Source: Thecamonas trahens ATCC 50062
Taxonomy: Eukaryota > Protista > Apusomonadida
Length of the DNA stretch: 64,000 bases
Assembly (NCBI RefSeq): GCF_000142905.1
Contig: NW_013657652.1
Location: 62,001-126,000, forward strand
Reading direction: 5' to 3'
Part shown: positions 11,501 through 20,242 of the stretch, in pieces
How positions within the stretch are numbered: position 1 is the stretch's first letter
How the letters are laid out: each line of letters begins with the position of its first letter
Made by a program: the position numbers and the translations under genes
The notes under the pieces: model-generated
The model's input: only the letters and a program-made list of their open reading frames with translations
Database searches by the model: none
What the model was told of the DNA's origin: nothing

Positions 11501-14500
11501 CGATCGTCCCAGCTCGCCAGGTACGCTGGTGATGCCACGACGGCGTGCACTTGTGCCAACACCTGACACACGCACTCCCCAAGCTGCTCGGAGCTCATCT
11601 CCGCCTCGCCGAGATTCTCCACTGCACCAGCAAGCCCGCTCGCCAGCCATCGCGGGAGCTCGGCACTGAGCGACGCCTCGTAGTGACTCGGCCACACTCC
11701 CAGCAGCGGCACCACCCACCGTGCCAGCGCTGCCTCTAGCGACACCGCCGGCCCGTCTCCGCCATCAAACACGAGCGATGGGCTAAGAATTGCGTCAAAC
11801 ACTTCAGGTGCAGACAGGCTCCGCAGCGCGGCGATACTCCACATACCCGTGCGCGGTGGCGGAGGCGCCTGAAGATCGTACACAAGGATCGAGAGCGTGT
11901 CAAGCTCGGTCGCCACAAGCTCCAGACCTGGCGTGTTGTGCGGCGGCACCATCGCCAGCGAGATCCACGCCTCGGCCACGTCGACAAGTCCTGTTTCGGC
12001 CTCGACAGCCAGCGCCCGTTGGCACCACCAGTTGATGACCTCGTCGACCGACGGCGGCCTGCTCCGCGCTGCAAGCTCGGCTTCGCTTGTTGCAGGCGGC
12101 CAGACCGCTGGTAGCCATCCGGTATCGGTACTGGCCAGGGTATGGGCGTACTCGGCCTTCAGCACCTCGGGGCTCGGCACCAGCCCAGTCGCAGCGCTTG
12201 TCCGCTGAGGCGGCGCGTACCACGCCACGACATACAGCTTGTCATCGTCGCTGCCGCTGATGCACGGGAGAAGGAGCGAAAACGTCTCCGGAGGCTCAGT
12301 CAGCGGGAGCTCGGCAATAATCGCCAGGTACGACGGCAGCGTCTCGGTGGGGAAAAAGGTAAACAGCACCTCCAGCGCAGTTACCGCGCCACTGCGCGCT
12401 GCGTCCAGCGCCACCTCAGCGAGGTTGGCATCGCGGAACTGCAAAAAGGCCATTGGATCAAAGCCGGCACCGTGAATCCGCACAAACGCCTCCAGTCGGT
12501 CTGCGTACTGCGCCAGCCGCAGCGCACATCGCACACCCTCCACCGATGCCCCAGTGCCAGGCAGCGCCGGCTCGAGCTCCGCGAGCAGCTCCGCGCCGTA
12601 TCTATACAGAGCTCGCGCCTGGTGCACATCGTCCGGCACGTACTCGACCACTTGCGCCAGCACCCACTCTTTGTCGACCACAGGATCAAGCATGGCGTGC
12701 AGGGCGTCGGCGTCAAAGCTGCCTCGCGTCGCGTGCCACTGCGCCTGATACACAGGGTCGGTCGAGAGCCCGCGTGCTAGTGCCACCTCGAGCGCCGCGC
12801 CATAGTCACCCGCAGCAATTCGCCGCCGACACAGCTGTAGCGGCGTCGTTTGCACCAGCGACGCCAGCCCGCTCGTCCGTGCTGGCACGTCCACCTGGAG
12901 CCACGCCGGGTGCGCCCATTGGACCTCGTTGCCGGTCAGCCGCATCAGCAGCGTCCGCGTCATCGCCGAACACCACGACAGCTGCTCACCGGTCTCGGCC
13001 ACCTCGCTAGCCTCGCTTCCGTCGTCATCGCTGCACTCGTCGTCGGCGTCGTCGCCTCCAAAAGCCGCCCGCGAGTGCCGCCCGCCGGCAACCGTTCCGG
13101 TCGGCGACGACAACGGCGTGGCGTCAAAATTGCTCAACGCCAGCAGCGGCTCGCCCCAGGCTGCAGGCACCGCAATGGTACTCGTCCGCGAGCCATAAAT
13201 CCACGTCGTAGCCGTAAGCGGCGACGAAACAAGCACCGGCGCTGCCCCATACGCCTTGAACGCCACCTCCTCGCCCACCGGCGTCTCTGCCCACGGCTGC
13301 CGCACAAGCGCCACCGCGCCCGACACAAAACCGGCCGCGAGTACCTCGTCCGAAAACCATGCGAGACTCACAACACGGCTCGACTCGCCGGTAAGCTCGG
13401 CAAACTGTGTCGGTGAGAAGAGTGCCGTCACCGTAGTCGGCGCCTCGCTCGCCAGATCATACAGCGCCACTCCGCCGTCGCCAGTGTGGCTCGCCAGGTA
13501 GCACGAGGACGCACCGCCTTCGCCACGCTGTGGTGGCGCGAGCTGGAGCCCGACGAGGCCGCACGCCAGGGCCGCACGCGACACGCCATCAGCGGCCCAT
13601 GGCAGCCACGACCGCGGTACGGGCTCGGCCATCGACGTCGACGCTGCCGCCAACTCGAAACTGCCCGTTCCCGGTCCCTGGAAGGTGTGGAGCGAGAGCG
13701 ACGGCGCCCACTCTAGCGCCGCGCCCGCCCGCCGCCGCGCTCCGCCCACAACCAGCGTCTTTCGGGATGCATCCCACGCCAGCGCCCGCACCAGTGTGTG
13801 ATGCTGGTCGAGATCCGCGACTTGGCCGAGAATATCGACCTCTGTCACATTGTGCTCGGCGAGCTCGCCTTCAGCGGCCCGGACGCCGGCGACAACAATT
13901 CTGCCGTTGCCGGTCCGCAGCGCCAGCTCGATGCGCGTTACACCTGCGCGAGCACTCCCATCCGCCGCCGCCGCCCACACCACCACAGCCTCGGCCACGC
14001 TGAACGGAACGCTGACGTCGGCGACTACGATCAGATCGGCGGTGGCTGAGCCTGCCGGCGGCACATACCGCAGCACAACCAGCCTTGATTGCGGCTCGCT
14101 CCGATCCGGCACAACAAGAACAAGGACAGGAGTCTCCGGAAGCCAAGCAATCGAAGCCTCCAGCAGCGAGCCGCCCGGAGTGTAGAGCGCAAACGGAGCC
14201 GGCGGTGCTGCAGTGTGTTCGGCTGAGAAGATCAGCACATGCTCGGCCGATGTGAGGCCGAGCAGCGGAAGCGAGTCATGCGCAACAGCAGACGGACGGC
14301 GAATGACTTTGCCAGCCAAAGTCACATTGCCGGATCCCAGAATTGAATCTGAGTCGCCATCACCATCACCATCACCATCACCATCGCCATCGTCATCGTC
14401 ATGGCCTCCATGAGAGTGGCGGCGGAGTGTGGCGGCCAGTGGAGGCACTCGACACGTGGCTGTCTCGGACAAGGGACGGAAGGGGAAAGCCTTGGTAGCG

Positions 14501-14595
14501 AGTTCGGGAAGCAGTTCTCGGACAAACGGTCCATGTTGCGTCACGTCGTAGAGGTACTCTTCCTCCTCTCCTACTCTGGACTCACTGCTCGCCAT
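5578..14595 (-). CDS. NBAS: Neuroblastoma-amplified sequence / Sec39 / MIP2 homologue (Dsl1-NRZ ER tethering complex), 3005 aa
   Basis: N-terminal beta-propeller-like region, then TTPLQLCRRRIAAGDYGAALEVALARGLSTDPVYQAQW and FRDANLAEVALDAARSGAVTALEVLFTFF...LAIIAELPLTEPPETFSLLLP, matching remembered NBAS/Sec39-domain motifs; single long ORF. Confidence 0.88.
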   Translation of the reverse strand: MASSESRVGEEEEYLYDVTQHGPFVRELLPELATKAFPFRPLSETATCRVPPLAATLRRHSHGGHDDDDGDGDGDGDGDGDSDSILGSGNVTLAGKVIRRPSAVAHDSLPLLGLTSAEHVLIFSAEHTAAPPAPFALYTPGGSLLEASIAWLPETPVLVLVVPDRSEPQSRLVVLRYVPPAGSATADLIVVADVSVPFSVAEAVVVWAAAADGSARAGVTRIELALRTGNGRIVVAGVRAAEGELAEHNVTEVDILGQVADLDQHHTLVRALAWDASRKTLVVGGARRRAGAALEWAPSLSLHTFQGPGTGSFELAAASTSMAEPVPRSWLPWAADGVSRAALACGLVGLQLAPPQRGEGGASSCYLASHTGDGGVALYDLASEAPTTVTALFSPTQFAELTGESSRVVSLAWFSDEVLAAGFVSGAVALVRQPWAETPVGEEVAFKAYGAAPVLVSSPLTATTWIYGSRTSTIAVPAAWGEPLLALSNFDATPLSSPTGTVAGGRHSRAAFGGDDADDECSDDDGSEASEVAETGEQLSWCSAMTRTLLMRLTGNEVQWAHPAWLQVDVPARTSGLASLVQTTPLQLCRRRIAAGDYGAALEVALARGLSTDPVYQAQWHATRGSFDADALHAMLDPVVDKEWVLAQVVEYVPDDVHQARALYRYGAELLAELEPALPGTGASVEGVRCALRLAQYADRLEAFVRIHGAGFDPMAFLQFRDANLAEVALDAARSGAVTALEVLFTFFPTETLPSYLAIIAELPLTEPPETFSLLLPCISGSDDDKLYVVAWYAPPQRTSAATGLVPSPEVLKAEYAHTLASTDTGWLPAVWPPATSEAELAARSRPPSVDEVINWWCQRALAVEAETGLVDVAEAWISLAMVPPHNTPGLELVATELDTLSILVYDLQAPPPPRTGMWSIAALRSLSAPEVFDAILSPSLVFDGGDGPAVSLEAALARWVVPLLGVWPSHYEASLSAELPRWLASGLAGAVENLGEAEMSSEQLGECVCQVLAQVHAVVASPAYLASWDDRAAVLLGVAYVEVPQSAAAIHDARLSEAAAALGAAPRGEETLLGGDVARLVEQLEALALLRGLDVVLSPSAFGRTARDGADGKAVAKKAVASAVRRSGGRSREQLAAVETVADVCGVLFGDLLGREEVYRLAVATLLGEAQFDSVSALASKIPGHVLEGLVLEVAREWFNSAAALDDVAVQHARRALQLLPGPSGDARQAGCSAVEAELKLIEAVELVDSYGVPVVPLQVRLAQPVELIGQVLASKPTAHRDPTAVLRLAKRLGLDDNEDQARVKVVIGQSAHAQGSYGVALRLARELRDGGHEREFIELALPLICDGEWTLYRERLELGRAALAGADGNSLVGLLETIGSLEVQAAVVEALGEKAAGREREIGGEASGLSLKRLSSSAAHAASFLRSRVVASSSEEAGSGEPAVVVPDGVADAVQSLWRALDRPQWHGALERRLKSWMGELPHQPWVYALYEGFARRPQTPLLAYGGGPGQGVVPRLMEMYLHAAALCGGEAFEQAVVRAAPALACSDVVLLTAMLACVPRAVQDAAVAGVVELATAADAPAGSLAVLRGYLTAASVCGLGRKALQSSVDEVISALAATTETAALGRELEEACTADKLRRVLEAHGVRATAGSMREALLALARDDDSVVAALELAAEHGVADVAGFAHDVLAARLAECLALARGGRVEELRARAAACVEAYRGALAQVAERGAVLDAVVSCGEASAAARGEEGAVLCPMWLLLFVLGIEAAGEDAATYGGRLLGIAASQWADHVEGLRLLALEMPRADYGLLVEAESGEGAVASVLLRWLNVRNVGAIARGGPSLVVGALGRGAVSRSLVVFAALDRVLCGSNGAAMAQHVGALGRAVPLEWVSDEHAGLVAQGVARGAPYMGRASREERVRVLHALGAGLGNERGFVARELALHVQTILRIERAASLQCVRAHLSALDASAGSSEALYAALMTMIVGGVAYGAVMRVAAAFGLGMEAGMLFASAFKSGIRSTAVDVSELLLALATVADDAPRNVLAGVVEAARECVSDAEVSDERRAVAASIVAELEQAVAEADAAAWDGGAWESASVDSEWSGGDVDESVVFGLDDWGGGSASDGSDAWASGEDGEGDAFVSVPTSPAGLAGGGGWDLGSVSGDGDGWDMGSDDGCVVEAAPQFVAAAPVVDVASDDGEGWDLGSDGGFVVETEAAPEATPEAAAVFAAAAHVVDVASDDGEGWDVGSDDDFVVEAAPETEAVFVAAAPVVDVASDDGEGWDVGSDDDFVVEVEAAPELVTPEAASEAAPEAAPKFITPAPVVDVASDDGEGWDMGSDDDFVVEAAPETEAVFVAAAPVVDVASDDGDGWDVGSDDDFVVEAEATPEAAPEAAPEAAPELITPAPAVDVTSGDGEGWDMGSDDDFVVEAAPETEAVFVAAAPVVDVASDDGEGWDVGSDDDFVVEVEAAPELVTPEAASEAAPEAAPKFITPAPVVDVASDDGEGWDMGSDDDFVVEAAPETEAVFVAAAPVVDVASDDGDGWDVGSDDDFVVEAEATPEAAPEAAPEAAPELITPAPAVDVTSGDGEGWDMGSDDDFVVEAAPETEAVFVAAAPVVDVASDDGDGWDVGSDDDFVVEAEATPEAAPETAPEAAPESITPAPVVDVASDDGDGWDLGSDGGFVVEAEATSEAAPEAAPEFITPAPVVDVASDDGEGWDVGSDDDFVVEVAPESALSPSPSLTTAAPPTAAHPTQGAAIPQPLPPHALELQLARIQELRSAGVPDTTVTALVHGAAATSEDPASLWRLTVMMLPDAAVVDAFARFDSLRDALDHDETSFLVTTRLDVPEPAVQRAALCVALLSEDHRVRTVALDWLSTAELVPDDALIALLLRTSQVPRLAVTNAPILRAVLNRLGSPPPHPDPWAAATSLHLLPAAMAWSLPYVAASLVANSLPDPAAELLGVPPSSLRARLQAELVACDPYDPLFIGLGDVLEGALTCLP
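6390..8130 (-). repeat. Coding tandem repeat in NBAS: 15 x GWD[VML]GS acidic motif, with a 519-bp higher-order unit
   Basis: 15 GWD(V/M/L)GS cores counted in the translation. Identical shadow ORF starts at 6873/7392 and 7176/7695 show a 519-nt period. Confidence 0.95.
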
Positions 14596-14708
14596 GGCTC
14601 GCGTAAACGAGTCGAGTGGCCGAGGGGGTGGCCAGGGGGGGGGGGGGAGGGGGGGGGCTGACCGACTGGTGACCGACTAGAGACCGACGAGCGACCAACC
14701 GATCGGGC

Positions 14709-14772
14709 GACAAGCGATGACAAGCGATGACAAGCGATGACACGCGACGATACGTGACGACAAGCGACACGC
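14709..14772. repeat. Short 10-bp tandem repeat (GACAAGCGAT)n upstream of NBAS, near a poly-G tract (~14635-14657)
   Basis: gacaagcgat x3 followed by degenerate copies. Confidence 0.8.
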
Positions 14773-14881
14773 GAGATACAAACCGACAAACCGCCTGCCC
14801 GCCAAGTCGCCAACCCCGTATATCCAAACAGATGACTCGCAAATGGACGATCGGCCGCTCGACCGACTCGCCTGAAGGGCT

Positions 14882-16858
14882 TTATTGGGCATCCGGGGTG
14901 GAGACCGACTCGACTTGGGCCTGGAGTCCCTCCAGGTTGGTGATCTGGGCCTGGATATCGTTGTGGGCGTTGTCAAGGCCGGCGTGCTCAGAGCGGAGAA
15001 CGTCCTTGGTGTTGATAATAGCCTCGCGAAGCGGGAGGAGCGCCGACGTGACCTTGGACTCGAGGCTGGCGGCGAGGGCAGGCTCGAGCGAGGCATGGAA
15101 GTCGGTGGCGGCGGCGGTGAGATCGGCCTTGATCCGCGACCAGCCGACATTGAGAATGCCGACACCGGCGAGGGCGGCGATGCCCGCGGCACCGACCGCC
15201 ATTAGCGACTCTGACGTCGCGAGGCCGAGCGCCGGGCCAAAGGCGTAGGCACCGGCGCCCGAACCGAGTGCAACGATCTCGTAAGCCAGGACCGTGGTGC
15301 GGAGCGAGTTGAGCCGCGCCCCGACATCGATGGCCTTGAGCTGGCGGCCGTCGTCGGAGAGTGCAGCGTCGGCGAGCGAGTCGAGCTCGTCGGCGAGCAC
15401 CCGCCGCGGGATGGCGTTGCCCACCGGCCCGCTGCGGTCGAGGCTGCGGCGGACGGTGCGGAGCTCCGAGGCGCCGGCGCCCGAGGCCCGGATGGCTTCG
15501 GGCGCGTCGCCGCCCACAAACGCTTCAGCGTCGTCGATGGCGGAGCTGAGGACCTCTGACGCCGAGTTGAGCTCGATCTGTACGTCGCGGGTGAGTGCGT
15601 TGAGAGTCTCGCGGACCGGCGGCAGCGCCTCGCTCAGCGCCTTGCCCGGTGCAAAGTCGGCCGGCACGCCGGTGAAGAACGCCGACGAGGCCGACGGCAG
15701 CTTCGCGGCCAGCTTGGGGCCAAGCGCCTTGAAGCTCGGAGCCGCCTGCTTGAGCTCGGTCTTGAGGCCACGCTTGAAGAGGTCGAGCGCCACATCGTAG
15801 CTCTCGGTCGCCTCGGTGAGCGGGACGGCGAGCGCGTCGAGCTTGCCGCGCGCGTCGTTGACCCGGGTGTCGAGATGGATGAGCGCGTCGAGGCCGAGCT
15901 GCAGCGGCGCACGGAGCTTGATGAACTTGCGCACGTCAGACGAGAGGACTTGCGAGAGGTGGTCACGAAGCGCGCCGAGCCGCGAGTCGGCCCACTCCTG
16001 CGTCGCTTCGGGCGCCTCGGGCTTTGCCGCTCGTGCGTCCTTGGCCTTTTTGGCCGAGACAGGCAGGTAGAGGGTGCCCGGCTCGAGGTACTTGGATGCG
16101 TTCTTGCTCGCCTGAGCGAGGAGGCCTTCCAGCTCGACTTCAGAGTTGGTCTGGTCGATGCGGTTGAGAACGACAATCACCGACCGATGGTTGCCGACCG
16201 CCTTGAGCAGAGTGTGCTCGGCGACGCCCGAGAGCGCGTTGGTGGTGTTGGTCACCAACAGCAGCAAGTCCGAGTGCGGCAGCGAGTCGAGCGAGAGGAA
16301 CTCGTGGCCCTCGGCAGCAGCGCCAACGCCTGGGGTGTCGATCACCTCGATGGCGTGATCGCGGAGCCAGGCGACGTCGGCCGAGACATGGATGGGAGCG
16401 CCCGGCTCATCACCCTCGGCAACAGCCGATGCCTTTGAACCGTAGTTGATGCGATGGACAGCAGAAGTGGTAACCTCTGCGCCTTCGGGCGTCAGATCAG
16501 CACCCAACAGAGCATTGACCAGAGTCGACTTGCCGGTGTTGAAGTTGCCGACGACGGCCAGACGAAAGGGAGCCGCCAGATCATCACGAGCTGCCCGCAG
16601 AGCATCTGCCACATCGACGCCATCAGTCGATGACTTTGATCCAGCACTTGCAGAGGTAAGCGACGGAGAAGTCGTGGTGGCCGTCGTAGGCATGGCCACC
16701 TTGAACGAGCTGGCTGTCTCGGTAGCTGATGCCAGAGCTGACCGGACTCGGTCGTACACGTCGCGCTTACCATGGGCCACTGGCGCGTCAGCCACCGTGC
16801 TCATGGCCCCAGCACGCAGTGCGTGAACAGGTCGCAGAAAGATAGCAGTCCGCAGCAT
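14882..16858 (-). CDS. Dynamin-like GTPase of the FZL/bacterial dynamin-like/mitofusin class, with probable mitochondrial presequence
   Basis: G1 GNFNTGKS, G2 Thr (EVTT), G3 DTPG, G4 NRID; helical stalk; two hydrophobic segments near the C-terminus; N-terminus MLRTAIFLRPVHALRAGAMST is Arg-rich with no acidic residues. Confidence 0.82.
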   Translation of the reverse strand: MLRTAIFLRPVHALRAGAMSTVADAPVAHGKRDVYDRVRSALASATETASSFKVAMPTTATTTSPSLTSASAGSKSSTDGVDVADALRAARDDLAAPFRLAVVGNFNTGKSTLVNALLGADLTPEGAEVTTSAVHRINYGSKASAVAEGDEPGAPIHVSADVAWLRDHAIEVIDTPGVGAAAEGHEFLSLDSLPHSDLLLLVTNTTNALSGVAEHTLLKAVGNHRSVIVVLNRIDQTNSEVELEGLLAQASKNASKYLEPGTLYLPVSAKKAKDARAAKPEAPEATQEWADSRLGALRDHLSQVLSSDVRKFIKLRAPLQLGLDALIHLDTRVNDARGKLDALAVPLTEATESYDVALDLFKRGLKTELKQAAPSFKALGPKLAAKLPSASSAFFTGVPADFAPGKALSEALPPVRETLNALTRDVQIELNSASEVLSSAIDDAEAFVGGDAPEAIRASGAGASELRTVRRSLDRSGPVGNAIPRRVLADELDSLADAALSDDGRQLKAIDVGARLNSLRTTVLAYEIVALGSGAGAYAFGPALGLATSESLMAVGAAGIAALAGVGILNVGWSRIKADLTAAATDFHASLEPALAASLESKVTSALLPLREAIINTKDVLRSEHAGLDNAHNDIQAQITNLEGLQAQVESVSTPDAQ

Positions 16859-17174
16859 TGGCTATGTGGTGGTGGACACAGTGAGGTGTACTTGCTTGTC
16901 CCTTGCCTCTGTCTGCACCTGGGAAGCTCTCTCTCTCCCCCCCCCCCCCCCCCCCCCCCGGCAGTCCGGCTGGCCGGCAGCGGAGGGATCGGCTCGGTCG
17001 CTTTACTGGCAGCGGCGGGCGGGTGGCCGGCGGATGGCTTTTTTGCGAGATCGGCGCGGCCGCTGTTGGTCCCGTGCCGATGGCTGGTGCCAGTCGACCG
17101 GCCGATCCAGGTCGGCTGGCTAGAGGCAGTACTTGGTGTGGGGGTTTTGAAACTGCCCATAGCGTGGAGGTCGG

Positions 17175-19553
17175 CTACTCTGGATTGCGGTCGACGCTCG
17201 CTTGCAGTCGGTCGGGAGGTGGGAGATCGGCTGACGCATTGAGGTGCTCAACAAAGAGCGAAATCTCGCGGAGCTCGACGGCGTCGGGGACGCGGAAGAA
17301 TACATTGCGAAGCCAGCGCTCCGGGAGTGAGCGCAGCTCGGGCACCGTCGAGTGCGAGTCGGCGTCGCCAGCAGCAGGCACCCGGCGGGTCTCGCGGATG
17401 ACGCCGCGAACAAGGAGCGCAATCCGCCGGAAGAGCGTGAGGCCCATGACCGCAGCGCCGCCGGTGGCGGCCACAAGGCGCGGCGGGAAGACATACAAAA
17501 GCGCCGAGGCCACCACAGCGACGATGCCGAGCCCGATGTAGAGCCACGCTGAGAGCAAGGCGTCAGCCCAGCCAAAGAACGCGCGGATCCGCTCCGATGC
17601 GCTCGTCGCCCGCTCAAGAGCAGACGAGACCTTGACCAGCAGTTTGCGGGCCTTGGCCATCACCTGCAGCGACTTGCCCGACACCGCCCCCATTGCTCCA
17701 AGAACGCTCCCGCCCACGCCCGATGTGTTGTTCTTGCCATTATCCGCATCCTCGTCGTCGCTCTCCGACTCATCGTCAGAGTCCGGGCCCGACGGCGCAT
17801 GCCGAGACGCAAAGATCGACTCGGGCCCGCCTGCCCTCGCACCGCTCCGCGCCTCCCACAGTGAGTGGAGCGAGAGGAAGAGCAAGACGCCAAAACCGAG
17901 CAGCGGAAGCGCAAAGGCGGGTGCAAAGCCCGCCGCATAGACATACACCGCGAGCCCGGCAAGAGACGCAAATGGCGCCTCCCATAGCAACGCCCTGCAC
18001 ACCAGCCGCATCCACGCCGGCGGGTGGATCATAGCCTCGAATCGCCGCGCGTTCGACCGGATGTAGCCAAAGTCTTCCAGCGGCCGCGGCGGGTGCGCCC
18101 ATCGATCCGAGACCATGGCCACCGCTGGTGCTGGCACAGTGTACCGCCAGTCGAGCCGAAGCGTGACCACCACCGCAAATGCGTCGGCGTTGGCTGCTAG
18201 TGGCGGATTGGTCAGCAGCGAGGAGAGCGGCTGGCGTGGCGGGACCGCGCCGACACCCACTGGCGGAAAGAGGGCAAGCTCAAACTCGACAGACCGCCGC
18301 GAGACGGGCCGGACATGCGGCAGCCGCCGCGCCAGCACTGCCCGCAGCGGGATCGACGCGTGACCCAAAAGCACCGCGTCGTCCTCCTTCTCGCCCGCCG
18401 CAATCCGCAGCTCAAGAAGGACAACCGCCGAAATGTCGGTGAGCGCAAGCGGGAGCGTCCCGATCTCGCTCAGACTCTGAACGAGTGAGCTGTGCGCCCG
18501 CGTGCCCTCGGCGTGAGCTGCCGCAAAGTACAGCCGCCGCCGCGGCAACCGCACACCCTGTGGCTCCCGGAGCACACGCCCACCCATGACCGTCAAGCCG
18601 AGCTCAACCGCTGTCCGATGGGTAGCAGCCACGGCCGCCACCTCGCGCCGGTGCGTCCGCCACGACTCCATCGACTTCTCGCCCAGCATCTGCGTAGTGA
18701 ACGAGGTAAAGGTCGAGACCTTGTCGCCGAGCGACGCACCGCTGGCGCCGGCAGTCAGCGCCGCGCCAAGCACGCCCTTAGCCTTGGCCTTGTTCCCATC
18801 CTTGCCGCTCTCGCCGGCAGCTTGGGCCATCATGCCCGAGACGGCCTCACGCGGAAAGTCAAAGCCAAGCGCTTCTGCCGCGTTCCCGGCCATCGCCAGC
18901 AGTTTCTCGGTCCCTGATTTGCGCCGCCGCGGACTCGGCGACCGCGACAGCCGCGGTGATCGCGAGTTCGACCGCGACCGCGCATGCGTAAACTGATCGT
19001 CCACCGCGAGCCTGTCCGGATACAAAGACGACTTGGCGCCCTTGTTTTCCCCGGTCTTGGGTGACGGCTCCTCACTGCCGGGGCCCGACGACCGTGCCAC
19101 CAGCGCGTCCTTCACCCCGGACACCAGGTTCTTGAAGAGGATTTTCCCGCGCGACGGCCTCCGCTCTCGCCTCCGCTTCTCCACTACCTCCAACAGCTCG
19201 CGCTCTTTCTTGGTATGGACGTGACCATCATGCAGGCCGCTTGTCACCAGTTTTGCTTCCTCCTGCACTTTCTCCGGGCTCGCCGATCTGCGCGTCGTCC
19301 TCCTGCGCCTTGATCCCGATCCTGGAGTCCTCCTCCTCTTCTTCCTCCTCGTCGCCGACTCTGGCGTCTGAGAGCCACTCGTTCTTGAAGGACTAGCCTC
19401 CACCACCCGACCTGAGCCTCTACTCTGCCTCTCCCGGGTATCGCCTCCATCCCTGGTACTCCTCCGTCTGCGATGCTTCTTCCTCGACGACTTATTGCCG
19501 TGCGATCCCTGCAGCGGCGATGACACCAGATGCTCCTGCAATGACGAACCCAT
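17175..19553 (-). CDS. MCTP-like ER membrane protein (degenerate C2 domain + PRT_C-like TM hairpins)
   Basis: LLGHASIPLRAV (C2-like), ALLWEAPFASL plus TM segment, ERIRAFFGWADALLS plus TM segments, NVFFRVPD. Start placed at ATG 19553 because the upstream part of the ORF is repeat/microsatellite. Confidence 0.62.
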   Translation of the reverse strand: MGSSLQEHLVSSPLQGSHGNKSSRKKHRRRRSTRDGGDTRERQSRGSGRVVEASPSRTSGSQTPESATRRKKRRRTPGSGSRRRRTTRRSASPEKVQEEAKLVTSGLHDGHVHTKKERELLEVVEKRRRERRPSRGKILFKNLVSGVKDALVARSSGPGSEEPSPKTGENKGAKSSLYPDRLAVDDQFTHARSRSNSRSPRLSRSPSPRRRKSGTEKLLAMAGNAAEALGFDFPREAVSGMMAQAAGESGKDGNKAKAKGVLGAALTAGASGASLGDKVSTFTSFTTQMLGEKSMESWRTHRREVAAVAATHRTAVELGLTVMGGRVLREPQGVRLPRRRLYFAAAHAEGTRAHSSLVQSLSEIGTLPLALTDISAVVLLELRIAAGEKEDDAVLLGHASIPLRAVLARRLPHVRPVSRRSVEFELALFPPVGVGAVPPRQPLSSLLTNPPLAANADAFAVVVTLRLDWRYTVPAPAVAMVSDRWAHPPRPLEDFGYIRSNARRFEAMIHPPAWMRLVCRALLWEAPFASLAGLAVYVYAAGFAPAFALPLLGFGVLLFLSLHSLWEARSGARAGGPESIFASRHAPSGPDSDDESESDDEDADNGKNNTSGVGGSVLGAMGAVSGKSLQVMAKARKLLVKVSSALERATSASERIRAFFGWADALLSAWLYIGLGIVAVVASALLYVFPPRLVAATGGAAVMGLTLFRRIALLVRGVIRETRRVPAAGDADSHSTVPELRSLPERWLRNVFFRVPDAVELREISLFVEHLNASADLPPPDRLQASVDRNPE

Positions 19554-19660
19554 TCCTTGTGATGCCCCCAGATGCCCATGTGACCGTGATCCCTTCAGCC
19601 CCTGCCTTTGATCGCCACCACCTCCCACTTCCTTCCGCTGTCCTCCGCGTTGTCCGTCCC

Positions 19661-19714
19661 CACCACCACCACCACCACCACCACCACCACCACCCCCACC
19701 ACCACCACCACCAC
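19661..19714. repeat. (CAC)n microsatellite
   Basis: Direct reading of the sequence. Confidence 0.9.
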
Positions 19715-20174
19715 CTGCAAGACGGAGGCACTCATCGGTGTGGCTGATTGGCATTGGCTTGACGTGGGAATGCCGATAGAGAGAGGTAGAGGGTGGGGGG
19801 AGAGAGCAGCAGAGACGCTGTGGAGCACACAGCAACGTTTGAATCCAAGTCGTGGCAGTCTCCTCCTGCTGCAAGACGGAGGCACTCATCGGTGTGGCTG
19901 ATTGGCATTGGCTTGACGTGGGAATGCCTATCCCCGCAGTCTTCTCCTGCTGCAAGACGGAGGCACTCATCGGTGTGGCTGAATGGCATTGGCTTGACGT
20001 GGGAGTGCCTATCCCCGCAGTCTCCTCCTGCTGCAAGACGGAGGCACTCATCGGTGGCTGATTGGCGTTGGCTTGACGTGGGAGTGCCGATCCCCGCAGT
20101 CTCCTCCTGCTGCAAGACGGAGGCACTCATCGGTGGCTGATTGGCGTTGGCTTGACGTGGGAATGCCGATCCCC
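19715..20174. repeat. 79-81-bp tandem repeat: four copies at 19855-20174 plus a detached partial copy at ~19715-19777
   Basis: Unit starts (gcagtc) at 19855, 19936, 20017 and 20096; core ctgcaagacggaggcactcatcggtg(tg)gctgattggcattggcttgacgtggga. Confidence 0.95.
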
Positions 20175-20242
20175 ACACGATTGTTGTGGTACTCGCCCGT
20201 CTGCATTATGCTCGTGGTGTCGTTGTGGCGGTGGGCGTTGGT

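Noticed and set aside
19554-20126. N-terminal 191 aa of the 983-aa ORF
   Set aside because: It consists of the tandem repeat and (GGT)n poly-Gly, so it is more likely non-coding read-through upstream of ATG 19553.
19715-20174. Possible CRISPR-like array
   Set aside because: The units are ~80 bp and directly adjacent with no unique spacers (one interruption only). There are no cas genes and the context is eukaryotic; the nearby DEDDh nuclease alone is not evidence.
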